From: Octopus vulgaris
Taxonomy: Eukaryota
Assembly (NCBI GenBank): GCA_951406725.2
Contig: OX597818.1
Span: forward strand, 64,604,001 to 64,668,000
DNA: 64,000 bases
Reading direction: 5' to 3'
Position 1 is the first letter of the stretch; each line of letters begins with the position of its first letter. The translations under genes were made by a program, and so were the position numbers. Under the pieces are notes generated by a model. The model did not search any database. It was not told the DNA's origin and saw nothing but the letters and a program-made list of their open reading frames with translations. Below are positions 14,770-29,341 of this stretch, piece after piece.

Positions 14770-14975
14770 TGCTCTAGCCAGAAGGCCCGAAGTTTTAAGG
14801 GAGGGGGCAGTCTATTAGATCGACCACAGTACGCAACTGATAATTAATTTATCGACCCCGAAAGGGTGAAAGGCCAAGTAGACCTTGGCGGAATTTGAAC
14901 TCTGAACGTAGAGACAGCCGAAATACCGCTAAGCATTCCGCCCCGAGTACCATCGAATCTGCCAGATTGCTGCCT
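14770..14975 (-). mobile_element. SINE family A, reverse
   Basis: TTTATCGACCCCGAAAGGGTGAAAGGCCAAGTAGACCTTGGCGGAATTTGAACTC is the reverse complement of the family A core. Confidence 0.88.
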
Positions 14976-15222
14976 CATAAAAATTATGTTTCATTTAACT
15001 AAAGTATATCCTACACGTTTGTATACACTATCTTTTCATATAAACATAACTATTTCATTCATCTGCGATTTGCCTCTCAATATGATAATCTTTCATTATT
15101 TTCCTCTTGTATTATAATATACGTATCTTCGTCAACATCCTCACATACACATGTATGTATTTATAGGTACATTCATAATTGCATACCCACACATGCATAT
15201 AGATAGATAGGTAGATAGCTAG

Positions 15223-15275
<53 letters not shown>

Positions 15276-15372
15276 ACATGTGTGAGTGTGTGTGATTGTT
15301 TCTATGTGTGTATGGGGATGTGTATGTATCTGCTCGGGTGTGCATACATGTATGTCTGCCTCTCTTTATACG

Positions 15373-15531
<159 letters not shown>

Positions 15532-15828
15532 ATACGAAAAATCATGTCTGCAAAATTTACTGCAGTTGTTTCGGTAGTACTTTATTGACGTAATCACAAA
15601 TTACACCCTAACATAACCACCTTTGTATGTTCTTTTTAAATCTACACCGCAGCCTGAACAAGCCCTGAATTGGTCCTCCAGAGTAAAATTAGGTTCGGGA
15701 TGAATCGAGTTTTCTAACAACACATCATGCGTCCATGGTTGTTGTAGCCCACTGCGAACAGCGTGTTGTACTTAGCCATTGGTGGTCTCCTGTGTGTTGA
15801 CGTGCCTAGAATCTTGGGCATCCCATCA

Positions 15829-15896
<68 letters not shown>

Positions 15897-16931
15897 ATGT
15901 GTGTGTGCGTGTGCGTGCGTGTGTGTGAGGCGTGCGTGTCTTTCTTTGGCTATGCAGACAGGAAAAATTGAATTCAAAACATACGTACGTATATATATAT
16001 TTTTTAATTAAAATTTAGAAGAAGAATTGGAGTGAATCAATGACCGAGAGGTGCTTCGTTTCAATTTTCATGAATTCTATCGAGAAAATTGAATGATTGC
16101 TTGGGAATTACCCGGAAGCGTATCCTATATCACCCAAACAATGGATATCACCGGTATAATCGCAACCCCTCGATTCGTAACTACTGTGATTAATATTTAT
16201 GTATGTATATGTGTGTGAGCGTGTGTGTGTACGTATATTTATATATGCGTGTATAAGAGGATAATTTTATAAATTAGTTAAACCGAAGAACAAAATTAAA
16301 GACAGGAAGAGCAACTGGAATTGCTCAGGTGACACCGAGGCAAAAGGAGAAATATATTGAAAGGTATAATGTATCAACACTCCAGTCGGTGAAAGCAAGT
16401 TTATATCATTCCCAAATTATCAAAATAGGGCACCCAATACTAAAAACCAATAGTATAAGATATACACATACACACGAATAAAAGGTGATAAAGCCTAAAA
16501 GGTTAATACGAGTGAAGTCGAATGAAAAATAATATATGGAATAAATTCAGGCATAATAAAGACGACTAAAGATATAATGCAATGGAGCTAAAATACTATA
16601 AATATAAATATATAAAAGTACAAGAATATAAATATAAAAATAAAGTCTATGATAACCAGAACAGAGTCCCTTCATATCCATCTCTACGATCGTATCACAG
16701 AAGGCTGCTTCACAGAGTTACTATAGAATCCATCAAGGAAATCCATCAGCAATGTCATGTATATATGTGTGTGTATGCATGTATGTATGTATATATGTAT
16801 GTATGTAAGGTATACGTCCAAACTTTCGCGCACACTCACACTCGCACATAAATAAAACACGCACTTCAACGCGGGTGAATAATTTATTTTTACAAAATCT
16901 CATATCTGTAATATATATATATATATGTGTA

Positions 16932-16988
<57 letters not shown>

Positions 16989-17194
16989 GTATATATATAC
17001 GTATATATATATGTATATATATGTAGTATATATATGTGTATGTATATATACATATATATATATATGTATGTATATGTATATATATATATGAATATATCTG
17101 TGTATACGTCTATATATATTTATTTATATGTATACATATACATATACACATATATATAGATCTTTAGATGTGTATTTATAAATATCTGTATATG

Positions 17195-17254
<60 letters not shown>

Positions 17255-18379
17255 TATTATAAGGAAATTCAAAATAGCGGTCTAGAAATATATCACATTT
17301 CTTTGTCCCAGTTGGAACTCTTATCAGACAAAACAGTTGCGTCATTGGCCGGACGTGACTTACAGGTGACTGAAATATACCTACATAATATATTTTAGCT
17401 GCTGTGCAATGACAAATAATGTAAGTTTTAGAAAATTCATATGGTTTTTTTCGAATATTAGGTGTATTTAAATTTCGAAACAGCTCAAACAAACTCTACT
17501 GGAGCAATATCTGATTCTAGTTTTTCTTCAAAATCTATGATTAAAATCAAACTTGAAGTTGTGCATTACAACACATCGATACTTTAATTGTGTTTCGTGT
17601 GTTAGTGCAAAATTGATTTTTTCATAGAGGTTTCTACAATAAATAATTATAAATCTACCTTGGAAGAATACCAATATCGGTACACTAAAGAATTGAAAAA
17701 TATTAGCAAAGAATACGTTATCCAACTTTACAATTTGGTTTCTTTTGTGATTCATATATATTTACTTGATAATACTTATACAAAAAAATAAGTTAAACTA
17801 TGTATTCTTATCTATTGCGTTGTATTGTTTCGTTTTCGCTTGTTTTAGTATTAGCAAAAATTCCATCATAGATATTTCTTATCCATTTCCTACGTTCGTT
17901 TTCGTTTCCATCTCTATTCGTTTTAATCTACACCCTTGTAAGATATTCATATCAGACAGTGTATTGTGTAATCCGAAGAATGACGTTTTAATACGTGTAA
18001 GAGATACATGTGATGTCGTATTTCTTATCGGCGACATTTTTTTTTGTCTGAATATGAGTATAAAGTTTCTAGTATACCAAGTGAGTACACATGCTTGTCG
18101 TAGTTTAGGCCCCTCGACCCTCATTGCTAAAGTATTAGATATTTACAAATAATATTTCTTTGCTATTCTGCTCAGTCAAAATCTCTTTGCAATAACCTTG
18201 TAACTTACTTGCTTTATTCGTCAAGGTACCACAATATTATGGCCCTTACTTTCAATGTAAGGGCCATAATATTCCACTCTTTTTTGTTGATGAAGCATCG
18301 CAGGCCAAAGAAATCAGCCATGGATATGTGAGCCAGTACGAACCCGGGGGAGATCGGTTCGAACTACATACTAGATGTA

Positions 18380-18880
18380 GCATAAATTCGATTTGCTCAT
18401 ACTTCTGACGTTTGGCCTGAGATGTTCGAGCGGTATGAGGTCGTTGTCGTCTCAGTGTACAATGATTATCTTTCAGTTAAGCGACGCCAATAAAATACAA
18501 CCCACCAGCTGGTCAGAGTAGTGTTTGACATCGATGGCTTGACTGACCTAAGCAACCGTAAAATATCTCCTCATAATTCTGCCAGGTGCAAAGCATCATT
18601 TTATGTTCGAAACGCCAATATTTGGCGACAGATTGCGGATGCCAGCCCTTACGTAATCGCTTCTTCTGTATGTTAGGATTGGGGAAATATATCTCCCTTG
18701 GGTCATTACTTGTTCCGTTCCATGGCTCACTTCCTGTGTTCGCGATGGTTTATTAACCAAAAAATGGAAACTCCAGTGTAGAAGTTCTTCGCTTTGATAG
18801 ACAAGGGATATATCAACGTGGGATCAGAGAACTAGGGGAAACATGCCTAGCATTGTTCTTCGAATGCTAATGGTATTTTG
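18380..18880 (+). pseudogene. Highly decayed mariner transposase, C-terminal DDD-domain region
   Basis: Near 18700-18845 it reads HYLFRSMAHFLCSRWFINQ and, frameshifted, KFFALIDKG...YQRGIRELGE. These match mariner DYHLFRS and FF....FY.RGI..L..RW. Confidence 0.75.
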
Positions 18881-19884
18881 TTTTTGCTGTAACTCTATTT
18901 TTATGATGCAGATAGGTGACCAAAATATTGCACATTTCGCTTAACACAATATTTCTGTTTAATTTTCCTTATATACAAATGTATGCGATGTACCTCTATG
19001 TAATACTTTGGTCAATTTAGCCCACTATATCTTTGCAGATTATCATGCATGTATTTCAGAAAAAATAATTTATTCATGCACAAGCGTTCTCCAACTTTGG
19101 GAACATAAAATAGTTCACGCATCAGGAAGTATTTTACATCCCACCACCACCACCAACAACAAAAACATTGGATGACATTGACACGTAAAACAAATATGAC
19201 TAAATATCCATATATAAGTACAAACAAACACATAAATGAAATTTTGTCCTGCACCTGTTTTGCTTACAATGAAGCATTCAGAAGAAAAAAAATGTTTATA
19301 ATTCGCAAATGACTAATGAATGCAACAGGAGCGGGGAACAATAAAGTATTTTCAAAGTATAATGACTCACTCACCTATAATATGCATAGAAGGATGAACA
19401 TATCAATTTTGCAGTTTATATGTTATTATATATTGTTGTGTATTTTCGTTTATTCGCAATCTTTTTTCTCTCGTTTTGTTGCCGAAACTTTTCCAGAATC
19501 TCTCAGTAAATTTCTGCTCAGGCTCAGCGTATAATTTCCTTTAATTTTCTATAATCGATGTATCAAATTAACTGGGAAATATTATCATTGGTAGCAGACT
19601 TATGAATCTTAATGTGAAAGTCATCCGCAATTAATTGTATATTTATTGACGTAATTATAGATAAACAAAATAAAATCATAAAATAATAAATTCAGCCTTA
19701 ATGGCAAAAAAAATGAATAAAAATAGAAACTAATAAATGAGAGAACATATTTGCAAAAATAGAGAGAAAGACGGGGGGGGGGGCGAAAATCATTAAAATA
19801 CGAGTTACAATTATATTAATAGAAAAACTGATAATATACTGTTAATACTAATACAGCTACCGATACTGTAATAATTATTAAACA

Positions 19885-19906
19885 GTAGTAGTAGTAGTAT
19901 TAGTAT

Positions 19907-19948
<42 letters not shown>

Positions 19949-20013
19949 AAGAAGAAAAAGAAGAAAAAGAAAAGGAAGAAGAAGAAGAAGAAGAAGAAGA
20001 AGAAGAAGAAGAG
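19885..20013. repeat. Compound (TAG)n/(AAG)n microsatellite
   Basis: Directly visible. Confidence 0.95.
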
Positions 20014-20489
20014 TTTTTAGCATAATAATAAAACTATTTCTCGTAATAACAGGCAAATCATAATAATAACGATATTAAGAGTTAAGCTATATATTACACA
20101 TCTATGTATACATATGCATACATATATACATACATAAACATGCCCCCAAATACGCACATATGTATACATACACACACACACAATCACACACAGATATATT
20201 GGTATAATTACATCAGTATTTCCAAAGGCACGCAAGAAGAGAATTAACAGTTCGCATATTTCTTTCTTTATTCATTTATCACGTTTTTTTTTTATATTTC
20301 CATTTCATTTCAATTATTTATTTGGGAGTGGAAATGAAAGAAAGTAAACGTATTCATTTATTTCATGAAGTTAAACCTACAAAAAACATAAACTTGTTTT
20401 TCTTTATATTATTTTGTCAGTTCAAATATAACCTTATTAATCATATAGCAAAATATTTGAGGGTAAAATATAGATTGATGTATATGTAT

Positions 20490-20529
<40 letters not shown>

Positions 20530-20558
20530 TTGATATATATACATACATGCATAGATAC

Positions 20559-20633
<75 letters not shown>

Positions 20634-20907
20634 TAGATATATATAAAGGTTTATATGCCCATCGTATTTTTTCATTTGTATCTTTGTTATTCTTGATAAA
20701 TAAAAATATACTCCTCATTTATATTTATATATCTCTATCACAATCTCTCTCAAAAACTTATTTCACCTTTCCAGTTACTCACACCCTCCTTTCTTTATCA
20801 CCCTCACTTCTCGGTAATGTATATGTAAAATCATGTGTGTGTATCTATATACATACAATTTCCCATATTCACACACATATTTACAAGTGCATAAGATATG
20901 TATGTGT

Positions 20908-20951
<44 letters not shown>

Positions 20952-21162
20952 CTCTGTGTTACTTACACGCATATACTTACAATCTCATATTTTGTTTTAT
21001 AAACAAGGAAATCGGCAACACTCCATAAATGAGAGTATATATTTTCATTAGAGAAGCCTCAATGGTATTTATTTCTTAAGCAGAGCAGATTTTTATGCCA
21101 TCTACAAATACACACACGCACACACACACACCTGTGTATGAGAGTGAGAAAGAAAGAGTGAG

Positions 21163-21198
<36 letters not shown>

Positions 21199-22004
21199 TG
21201 CATGCGTATGAAATTATGTGTGTATACCACATTAATAAAAATATTATATATTTAAAATCATTGTAAAGTAGGATTTAAATTGGGTTTTCTAAATTGTTAA
21301 TGTTCAGATTTCAGTATTTTTCCAAAATCAAATATTTCTTTGTATAAGATATAAGGCTGCTTCCAAAATGACACCTGCAATACAGAGGAAAGTACGATAA
21401 AAGCAAAGTATAAATATTACATGAAAGCCTTCACTCATTTCCCTTCCAACAAGGCGTAATTTTGTAAGTGATTTCTAAGCGTATATAGTTTAATCGATGT
21501 GTTTTCATAACTGGTCGTTTCATCTCGGTATATTTCGCCTTTTAAAATTATGAATCGATAAGGTGAGAATGAAAATAGAAGCCGGTCGACCATGTAAACT
21601 GAAATACACAATATTAGATCGTAATATTAGCTTCAAATTTTGGTGCAATGCCCAAGATCACGTGTGGCCATTCTAGTCGATTACGACCTAAACAAGAGCC
21701 GAACTAGTACTTAATTGTGACACTCGTGACGAATACTAATGAGGTTCTGATGTAAGACGAAGAAATATGTTCAGATAGAATTATCTGTGAATTACATATC
21801 TGCTGAATTTTGTGGGAGTTAATCAGTAGAATGGCACGGTATTCGTCATTGCAAAAATATATTTTGTCTAAACCATGTGTTTGTGAATTCGCAGGCATTC
21901 TGAGCGAAACCCTTCTTATTTCAACACACAGGTCTCTTTCACATATTACTCCGAGACACTTGTTACCATCCCCTTCTCACCATGATAAATAGACACACGA
22001 GCAA

Positions 22005-22070
<66 letters not shown>

Positions 22071-22105
22071 GTGTGCGTGTATCTATTTATATATCTATCT
22101 ATGTG

Positions 22106-22165
<60 letters not shown>

Positions 22166-22166
22166 C

Positions 22167-22224
<58 letters not shown>

Positions 22225-22495
22225 TCCTTAACTCGTTGCAGATATATGTGGCATTGCCGTGGTCATGCTGGTGCACCACCGTGGTCTTTCTGACTTCTTC
22301 AAGCCGGGTGTTTCACATCACCACTCCTGTATGTGCCTTTGTTCCACCTTTGTTGGTACATTTTTTGTCTAAGGAAGTTTGATTCCGTTGAACTCGTCTG
22401 CATCTCATGTCGAGTTGTTGCGGTACCATATAAAGTTGGATAAAATGCGTATCTATAAAGCATAATCCAGCATTTCTAATGTATCCCCATCGCAA

Positions 22496-22807
22496 GTGAA
22501 GACGCGTGGCCAAGTGGTCAGAGTGCTCGTTTCACTATCGTATGGTCTTGAGTTCGGCATTTGGCGTTATGGCCTCCAGCATGACACTTCATTTCACATT
22601 ACTCCAGTTTACTCAGCAGTCAAAATTGAGTTGTGCCTGTATTTCAAAGTGCCAACCTGATCGCAATCTCTTTCACGCTGAATTTCTCTGAGAACTACTT
22701 TAAGAGTACCTATTACTTCGTTAAGTACTGCCATCTGCACTTTAATTTAAAAATTTGAATCTTCCATTGATTGAATCAACCAAAACCCTGTCCTCTTAAA
22801 CGACTGA
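22496..22807 (+). mobile_element. SINE family C (tRNA-like head), diverged
   Basis: GTGAAGACGCGTGGCCAAGTGGTCAGAGTG head. Body CCTGTATTTCAAAG...GAGAACTAC is shared in reverse with 29342-29715. Confidence 0.7.
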
Positions 22808-23068
22808 TTGCTAGGTACTCCCATTACATGGTACATGTTGATATATATTGACGGTTTCTCTGCTACCTTATGTGAAAGTCATTATTCAGCGAAAATTAAA
22901 CCAATACAAAATTTCTCTGGTAAAAGATCTAATGGGATTCACGAAATAATTGCTCCTGGAGTTGACCTAAAGCTACACCAAAGGTCAAATGGTATTTCGT
23001 TCCACTAAAGTAAATATCAAGATGTCCATCTCTAAAACATTACTGTCTCGCTATTTCTCTATATATTC

Positions 23069-23191
<123 letters not shown>

Positions 23192-23204
23192 GTATGTATA
23201 TATG

Positions 23205-23580
23205 CGTAGGAATGGCTGTGTGGTAAGTAACTTGCTTACGAACCACATAGACTAGCTGTCTTATTATAACCTCGGGCCGACTAAAGCCTTGTGAGTGGAT
23301 TTGTTAGACGGAAATTGAAAAAAAGCCCGTCGTATATATGTATATATATATATGTGAGTATGTGTGTATATATGTTTGTGTGTCAGTATTTGTCCCCACA
23401 CCAACATCGCTTGACAACCGATGCTGGTGTGTTTACGTCCCCGTAACTTCGCGGTTCGGCAAAAGAGACCGATATAATAAGTACTAGGCTTACAATGAAT
23501 AATTCATGGGGTTGATTTGATCGACTAAATGCGGCGTTCTAGCAAGGCCACAGTCAAATGACTGAAACAAATAAAAGAGT
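23205..23580 (+). mobile_element. SINE family B (CORE-like), internally deleted, with full tail
   Basis: GGCTGTGTGGTAAGTAACTTGCTTACGAACCACAT...CCTCGGGCCGACTAAAGCCTTGTGAGTGGATTTG...GCTTGACAACCGATGCTGGTGTGTTTACGTCCCCGTAACTT...AAATGACTGAAACAAATAAAAGA. Confidence 0.88.
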
Positions 23581-24309
23581 ATATATATATATATAAAATT
23601 TATGATCTATGTATACATACAAGCATAGATATATATGTGTGTGTATATATACTTATATATATATATATGTATGTATAAGTGTGTATGTGTCTCTGCGTCA
23701 GTGTGTATATTCCTGTGTGTGTGTGCGCCTAAATGTCTGTATACAGCAGACACATACAAAACAGACACGTCTTTTAAAAATGACACTTACTTGACCATTA
23801 TTCCATCTTCTATTGAAACGTTTCCAAAAATAAAATATACATCAGAAAATTAATAACAAGTGGTTAAAACTCAATTTATTTACGCTTTAGAGCAAAAGGT
23901 CTCAGGTGACAACGGAGTAATGAATGACAAATGAACAAAAGTTACGAATTCAATTTCATTACTTTACATCTGTTTCTCTGCTGATTATTGCATTCAGAGA
24001 TAACTGTTCCCGCGACGTTCTATGGTTTCCGCGGAGCTGTTTAAATTAAGTGCATATTTAGAGTAGAATGAATTTATATGCATTGAGCACGTTACACGGT
24101 GAATTATGTACTACAACTTTAGGGTGAGAAACACTGGCTAAAAGACTTATACCTATATACAGACTTTGATTGTTTTCTTGATTGTAAAACCACATATAAA
24201 GAATTCGACACTGATATTTATGTACAACTAGGTAAAACCAGTTAGTCACATACGCACACACGAATGGCTCATGATTTCCTATTACACCGTGTACACACCT
24301 GTCGATATC

Positions 24310-24375
<66 letters not shown>

Positions 24376-24399
24376 ACCCCTCTGTCCGGTATTCGCCGT

Positions 24400-24578
24400 G
24401 ATAAATCGCTAGCCACTATACGTTTAAAAAATATTTTCTCCGTTTATTTCTATGTTCCTTTCTGTCGAAGAGTTAGGCTCGAAACGTAGAAGACTTTCTC
24501 ACTTCCCGAGAATTAAACTAATACTATGTATGTTGTTTAAACACACGTCTTCGTCTTTAGTTTTTTTGTAAATTCTCT

Positions 24579-24582
<4 letters not shown>
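24400..24582 (+). mobile_element. pLTR-like family P copy 2, variant hammerhead at 24458-24492
   Basis: CTTT-CTGTCGA-A-GAGT-TAG-GCTC-GAAAC-GTA-GAAG followed by ACTTTCTCACTTCCCGAG...GTCTTCGTCTTT...CTCCC(TA)n. Confidence 0.78.
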
Positions 24583-24618
<36 letters not shown>

Positions 24619-24722
24619 TGAGGGAGATAAATTAATATTAATATTAATATCAATTTAAAACCAGTAGTCTAGCATACAAAAAATACCTAGCAGTCTGTAT
24701 ATGTATATTGCCCTGCCAATAT

Positions 24723-24760
<38 letters not shown>

Positions 24761-26264
24761 CTTTTGCCATGTATATATATATACATGTATTTAATATCTA
24801 ACTTTTGCCATGTATATATATATACATGTATTTAATATCTTACATATATAAGTGTGTGTGTGTGTGTATGTATTTATATATGTATGTATATATAACATTT
24901 GTCATGTATATACATACAGTATATAATATTTTACATATATAAATGTGTGTGAGTGTGTGTTTATGTGTGTTTGTGTGTGTTTGCGTGCGTGTCTGAATCA
25001 CATCATCTCCCAAGTAGTATCACTTAAACAATTAATGAGGCTTGACAGAGATATAAATTTCAAAGGTTTATAATTTCAAATATAATTTCACTGAAATATT
25101 GAACATTAAATTCATTGATTTTAGTTATTTCCAGTGTTTAAAACATGTATTTAATCGACTGAGATATTTTTTTTTTTAAATTCCATTGAACAAAATTTGT
25201 AAGAATTCAAGAAGATTGGTAAGATTTTCAATGGAATGCATTTTAGTCTGGGCGAATGGTACACACGTTATGGAAGATGTTACATTCCTGTATACATACA
25301 TAATTGTGTATATCTGTAAGTGTGTGTTTGGGTATGTATGTGTGTGCGTCTGGAAGTTGATATTTGTAAGGGTATTATAGATATGTATACAAACACCCCC
25401 CACATATATATATGTGTGTGTGTGTGTATGTGTGTATGCATGAATATATATGTGTATGCTTATATAGATGTATATATATATATATGAGCATATATATTTG
25501 TGTGTGTGTATGTGTTGTGTGTGTGTTGTGTGTATGTGTGTATTGATAGATTGATATGTTAATCACTGTTAATAATTGCACAATTATATTTATAGTTTTG
25601 TATAGAAATCTTCGTCTCAAAAAACATTCCGTAACCATGAAACCAAATAGAACAACTAGTTATCTTACCATAAGCTCCCTGGCATATTTACTGACAATTA
25701 CTTTCACTATTTCACTTGTACTTTCATTGAAAATATACAATTCCATATTTCCTATATTTTCATCAAAGCATTGAATCTTGATTGGATTCACTCGGTTAAT
25801 TTCGTATGTTTCCGTAGACTCTTCTGGAATTCGGATTACAACAATCATTAGTGCGTAAAACAAAATATCTTATAAGATTTACTTACTGGACCTATACGTT
25901 CTGCGTTCGAATTTCCAGAGATATCAACTTCATCGTCATCGTTTCAGCACCATGAAAATTATTAACTATAGAATACGAGGTTAGATATAATATATAATTG
26001 GTTTTTCAATTAAGTACATTGCTGGAAGTATTTAAGCGCTGAACTCCAAACTATTCATGTATTTATTGATTACAGTGATACAAGCAATTACGAAGATGAA
26101 TACGTTTATTCTTGCCAATGCTTTTGAACTTCTAGGAGGTCCTGACTTTTCTTTAGAACGAAGTATGCTATAACCCACCGGTAAAATACCAAAAAATGCT
26201 TCACCTGATGCTGTTACGAGTGTGTCGAACACCGTTTTCAGACGATATCTTGCAGAATAACGGT

Positions 26265-26856
26265 TTCAAATTTTGTCCCAAAAGCAGCAGTTTTCTGCGA
26301 AGGGATGAGTCGATTACATTGTGCCCAGTTTTCAACAGGTTCTTATTTTATCGACCCTGATTTGTTGAAAGGCAAATTTGACCTCGGTGGAATGTTGAAC
26401 TCAGAACCTAGCGACGGGCAAAATACCTATTTCTTTACTACCCACAAGTGGTTACACACAGAGAGGACAAACAAGGACAGACAAACGGATTAAGTCGATT
26501 ATATCGACCCCAGTGCGTAACTGGTACATATTTAATCGACCCCGAAAAGATGAAAGGCAACGTCGACCTGGGCGGAATTTGAACACAGAACGTAACGGCA
26601 GACGAAATACCTATTTCTTTACAACCAACAAGGGGCTAAACACAGAGGGGAAAAAGGGATTAAGTCGATTACATCGACCCCGGTGCGTAACTGTTACTTA
26701 ATTTATCGACTTTATTTATCGACTTAATTTATCGACCCCGAAAGGATGAATGGCAAAGTCGACCTCGGCGGAATTTGAACTCAGAACCTAAAGGCAGACG
26801 AAATTCGGCTACGCATTTCGCCCGGCGTGCTAACGACTCTGCCATCTCACCGCCTT
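26265..26856 (-). mobile_element. SINE family A, reverse, three tandem body units
   Basis: ATCGACCC..GAAAGG...GACCT.GG.GGAAT repeats at ~26350, ~26535 and ~26731. The head (CTCTGCCATCTCACCGCC) is at ~26837-26854. Confidence 0.9.
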
Positions 26857-27883
26857 GTCCTGCAGAATAATGATAATTACACTTCCCGGATATTTATCGT
26901 TGCTAATAACGATGACAGTTATTATTATACATCATGATGCTTAACGTTGTACTACATCGTACAAAAATGCTAAATTATGTCAGAAAAATCGAAAGTAATT
27001 GGTACGATGACACCCGAAGCCTGGTAAGTAGAAAGGAGAGAATTATTTTCTATTGTATTCTTTCCGTTAGCCGTAGGAGTCACAAGGCCATTACTTATCT
27101 TGAGTAGTGTTTAACCGGCAGAAATGAACGAGACGGCGGCCTGTTACATGATTCGACGTCAACCATCCTTTCCGCAAAGTGAATAGTCGATTACCTCAGC
27201 ACCCATCCCAGGACTTGACAGATGCTTTACTGAATCGAGTCCCAAAGGGCAAATAAGAATTTGGACTCGATGGAATGCGAACTTAGAACGTAAAGAGACA
27301 AGAGAAATACTATTAAACATTTTGTCGAAAGTCGTAACGTTTCTGCCACTGGGTTTTATTTTGCATTAAACCGCCTTTAAATACAGGGTTCGTCAAAATT
27401 ACCGCTCAAAGTTTATAGGTTCATGAACATTTCAAAGTAAAAAAACGATCTTCAAAAATTGAAGCCGTAATATTGATTAAAATAAAAAGAAAACAAACTA
27501 GAATATATTAAATACACAGAGAAATTATTAACGGCATCCTAAGTAATCTGGAGTTACACCAGTGGCCATATAGAATGGCGGAGCTTTTTTCCGTTGCTTC
27601 TGGTACTTGAATATGGGAAATGGATTTTCAGTCGGTTGTTGAAATATATTATTTTTTTAATTTTATTTATTCATTTCAATGTTATTTAACAATCAATTAA
27701 CTGCTCAAGAAGTCTGTAATTGGAAATTAAAATATAAATAATTTATACCCATTTTTAAACATTATCTCATTTGCTATTCGTGCACCTCCTCCGTAGGTAC
27801 AGTCGTGTTGGACAGTGATTATATATATATACGTGTGTGTGTGTGTATGTATACATGTTTGTGTGTATATGTATAAATGTATG

Positions 27884-27944
<61 letters not shown>

Positions 27945-28002
27945 GTATATATGTATATATATATGTGTGTGAGTGTGTGCGTATGTATATACACGTGTGT
28001 GA

Positions 28003-28037
<35 letters not shown>

Positions 28038-28420
28038 CATGTATATGTATACGTGTGTACAGATGTGTTTATAGATGTGTATGAATGCTTTTTTCTGCGT
28101 GTTTGTGCGCCCACGTATCGATTTGATTTGATTTTAAAATTTTAACATGGTTTTACATGTTTTCTACACACACACACACACACAAACACACACAAACACA
28201 CACACACACACATATATATATTTATATATATTAGAATCAATCAGTTTAACTCATTATATATAGCTTCCAGTCTATATTTAATCGCGTTATTTTGTTCATA
28301 TGGTTGTTTTTCCTTAAATTTCAAGTTGCCTCAAAGCAATGAAAACAGATACGCACACGCATGCAGGCACATATACACGCACGTCCGCACACACACACAT
28401 ACACACATATATGCACATGC

Positions 28421-28927
28421 AGAGGCGCACTCGTACACAGGCACTCATTCATATATGCGCTCCCGCACACAGACACACAGACACACACATACACAGAAGC
28501 ACGCGCACTCGGGAATGCACACACACACACATACAGAGGCGAGCTCGTACACAGACACACATACACACATCCACAGGGGCACTCGAACCCAGACACACAC
28601 ACACACACACACACACACAGAGGCGCACTCGCACACAGGCACTCATTCATATATGCGCTCCCGCACACAGACACACAGACACACACATACACAGAAGCAC
28701 GGGCACTCGGGAATGCACACACACACACATACAGAGGCGAGCTCGTACACAGACACACATACACACATCCACAGGGGCACTCGAACCCAGACACACACAC
28801 ACACTCACACACACACACAGAGGCACACTCGCACACAGGCATTCATTCATATATGCGCTCCCACAGACACACAGACACACAGAGGCACGCGCACTCAGGA
28901 ATGCACACACACATACACAAATGCGAG

Positions 28928-28965
<38 letters not shown>

Positions 28966-28975
28966 TACATACACC
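28421..28975. repeat. CA-rich minisatellite, ~2.8 copies of a ~198-200-bp unit
   Basis: AGAGGC(G/A)CACTCG..CACAGGCA.TCATTCATATATGCGCTCCC starts at 28421, 28619 and 28819. Confidence 0.92.
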
Positions 28976-29341
28976 TATATAGACAGGAACATTAGCTTCT
29001 AATGATATTTCTGAATTGTGGTTTACTTTCAAATTTGCTTCATTCATTTTACCATGATGAGTCTATCACAACTCTATCTGTGTAAGTATGACGGGATTAG
29101 ACTGCGGTTTACAGCTTCTAGGCTTTTACATCGGGACTATCAAATTCATATAACTCTGAATTGATTAAATTGAAACAGATGTTTATGAGTGATTTAAGTC
29201 ATAAACATCTGTTTCATTCCTGAATTTATGTCGTATCTGAGACCTAATTTGATATTGGTATTTGATTCTATCTTTTCTCAAACTTATGTCATATTGACTA
29301 ATTTTACTAATTATGATAACTATATCAACTACTACTAATCG

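Noticed and set aside
25316-25549. GTAAGT...AG as an intron joining the GPCR-like pieces
   Set aside because: Splice phases are incompatible (immediate TGA) and there is no polypyrimidine tract.
28321-29002. Overlapping 170-218-aa His/Thr- or Cys/Val-rich ORFs
   Set aside because: They are products of the CA-rich minisatellite, open in nearly all frames.
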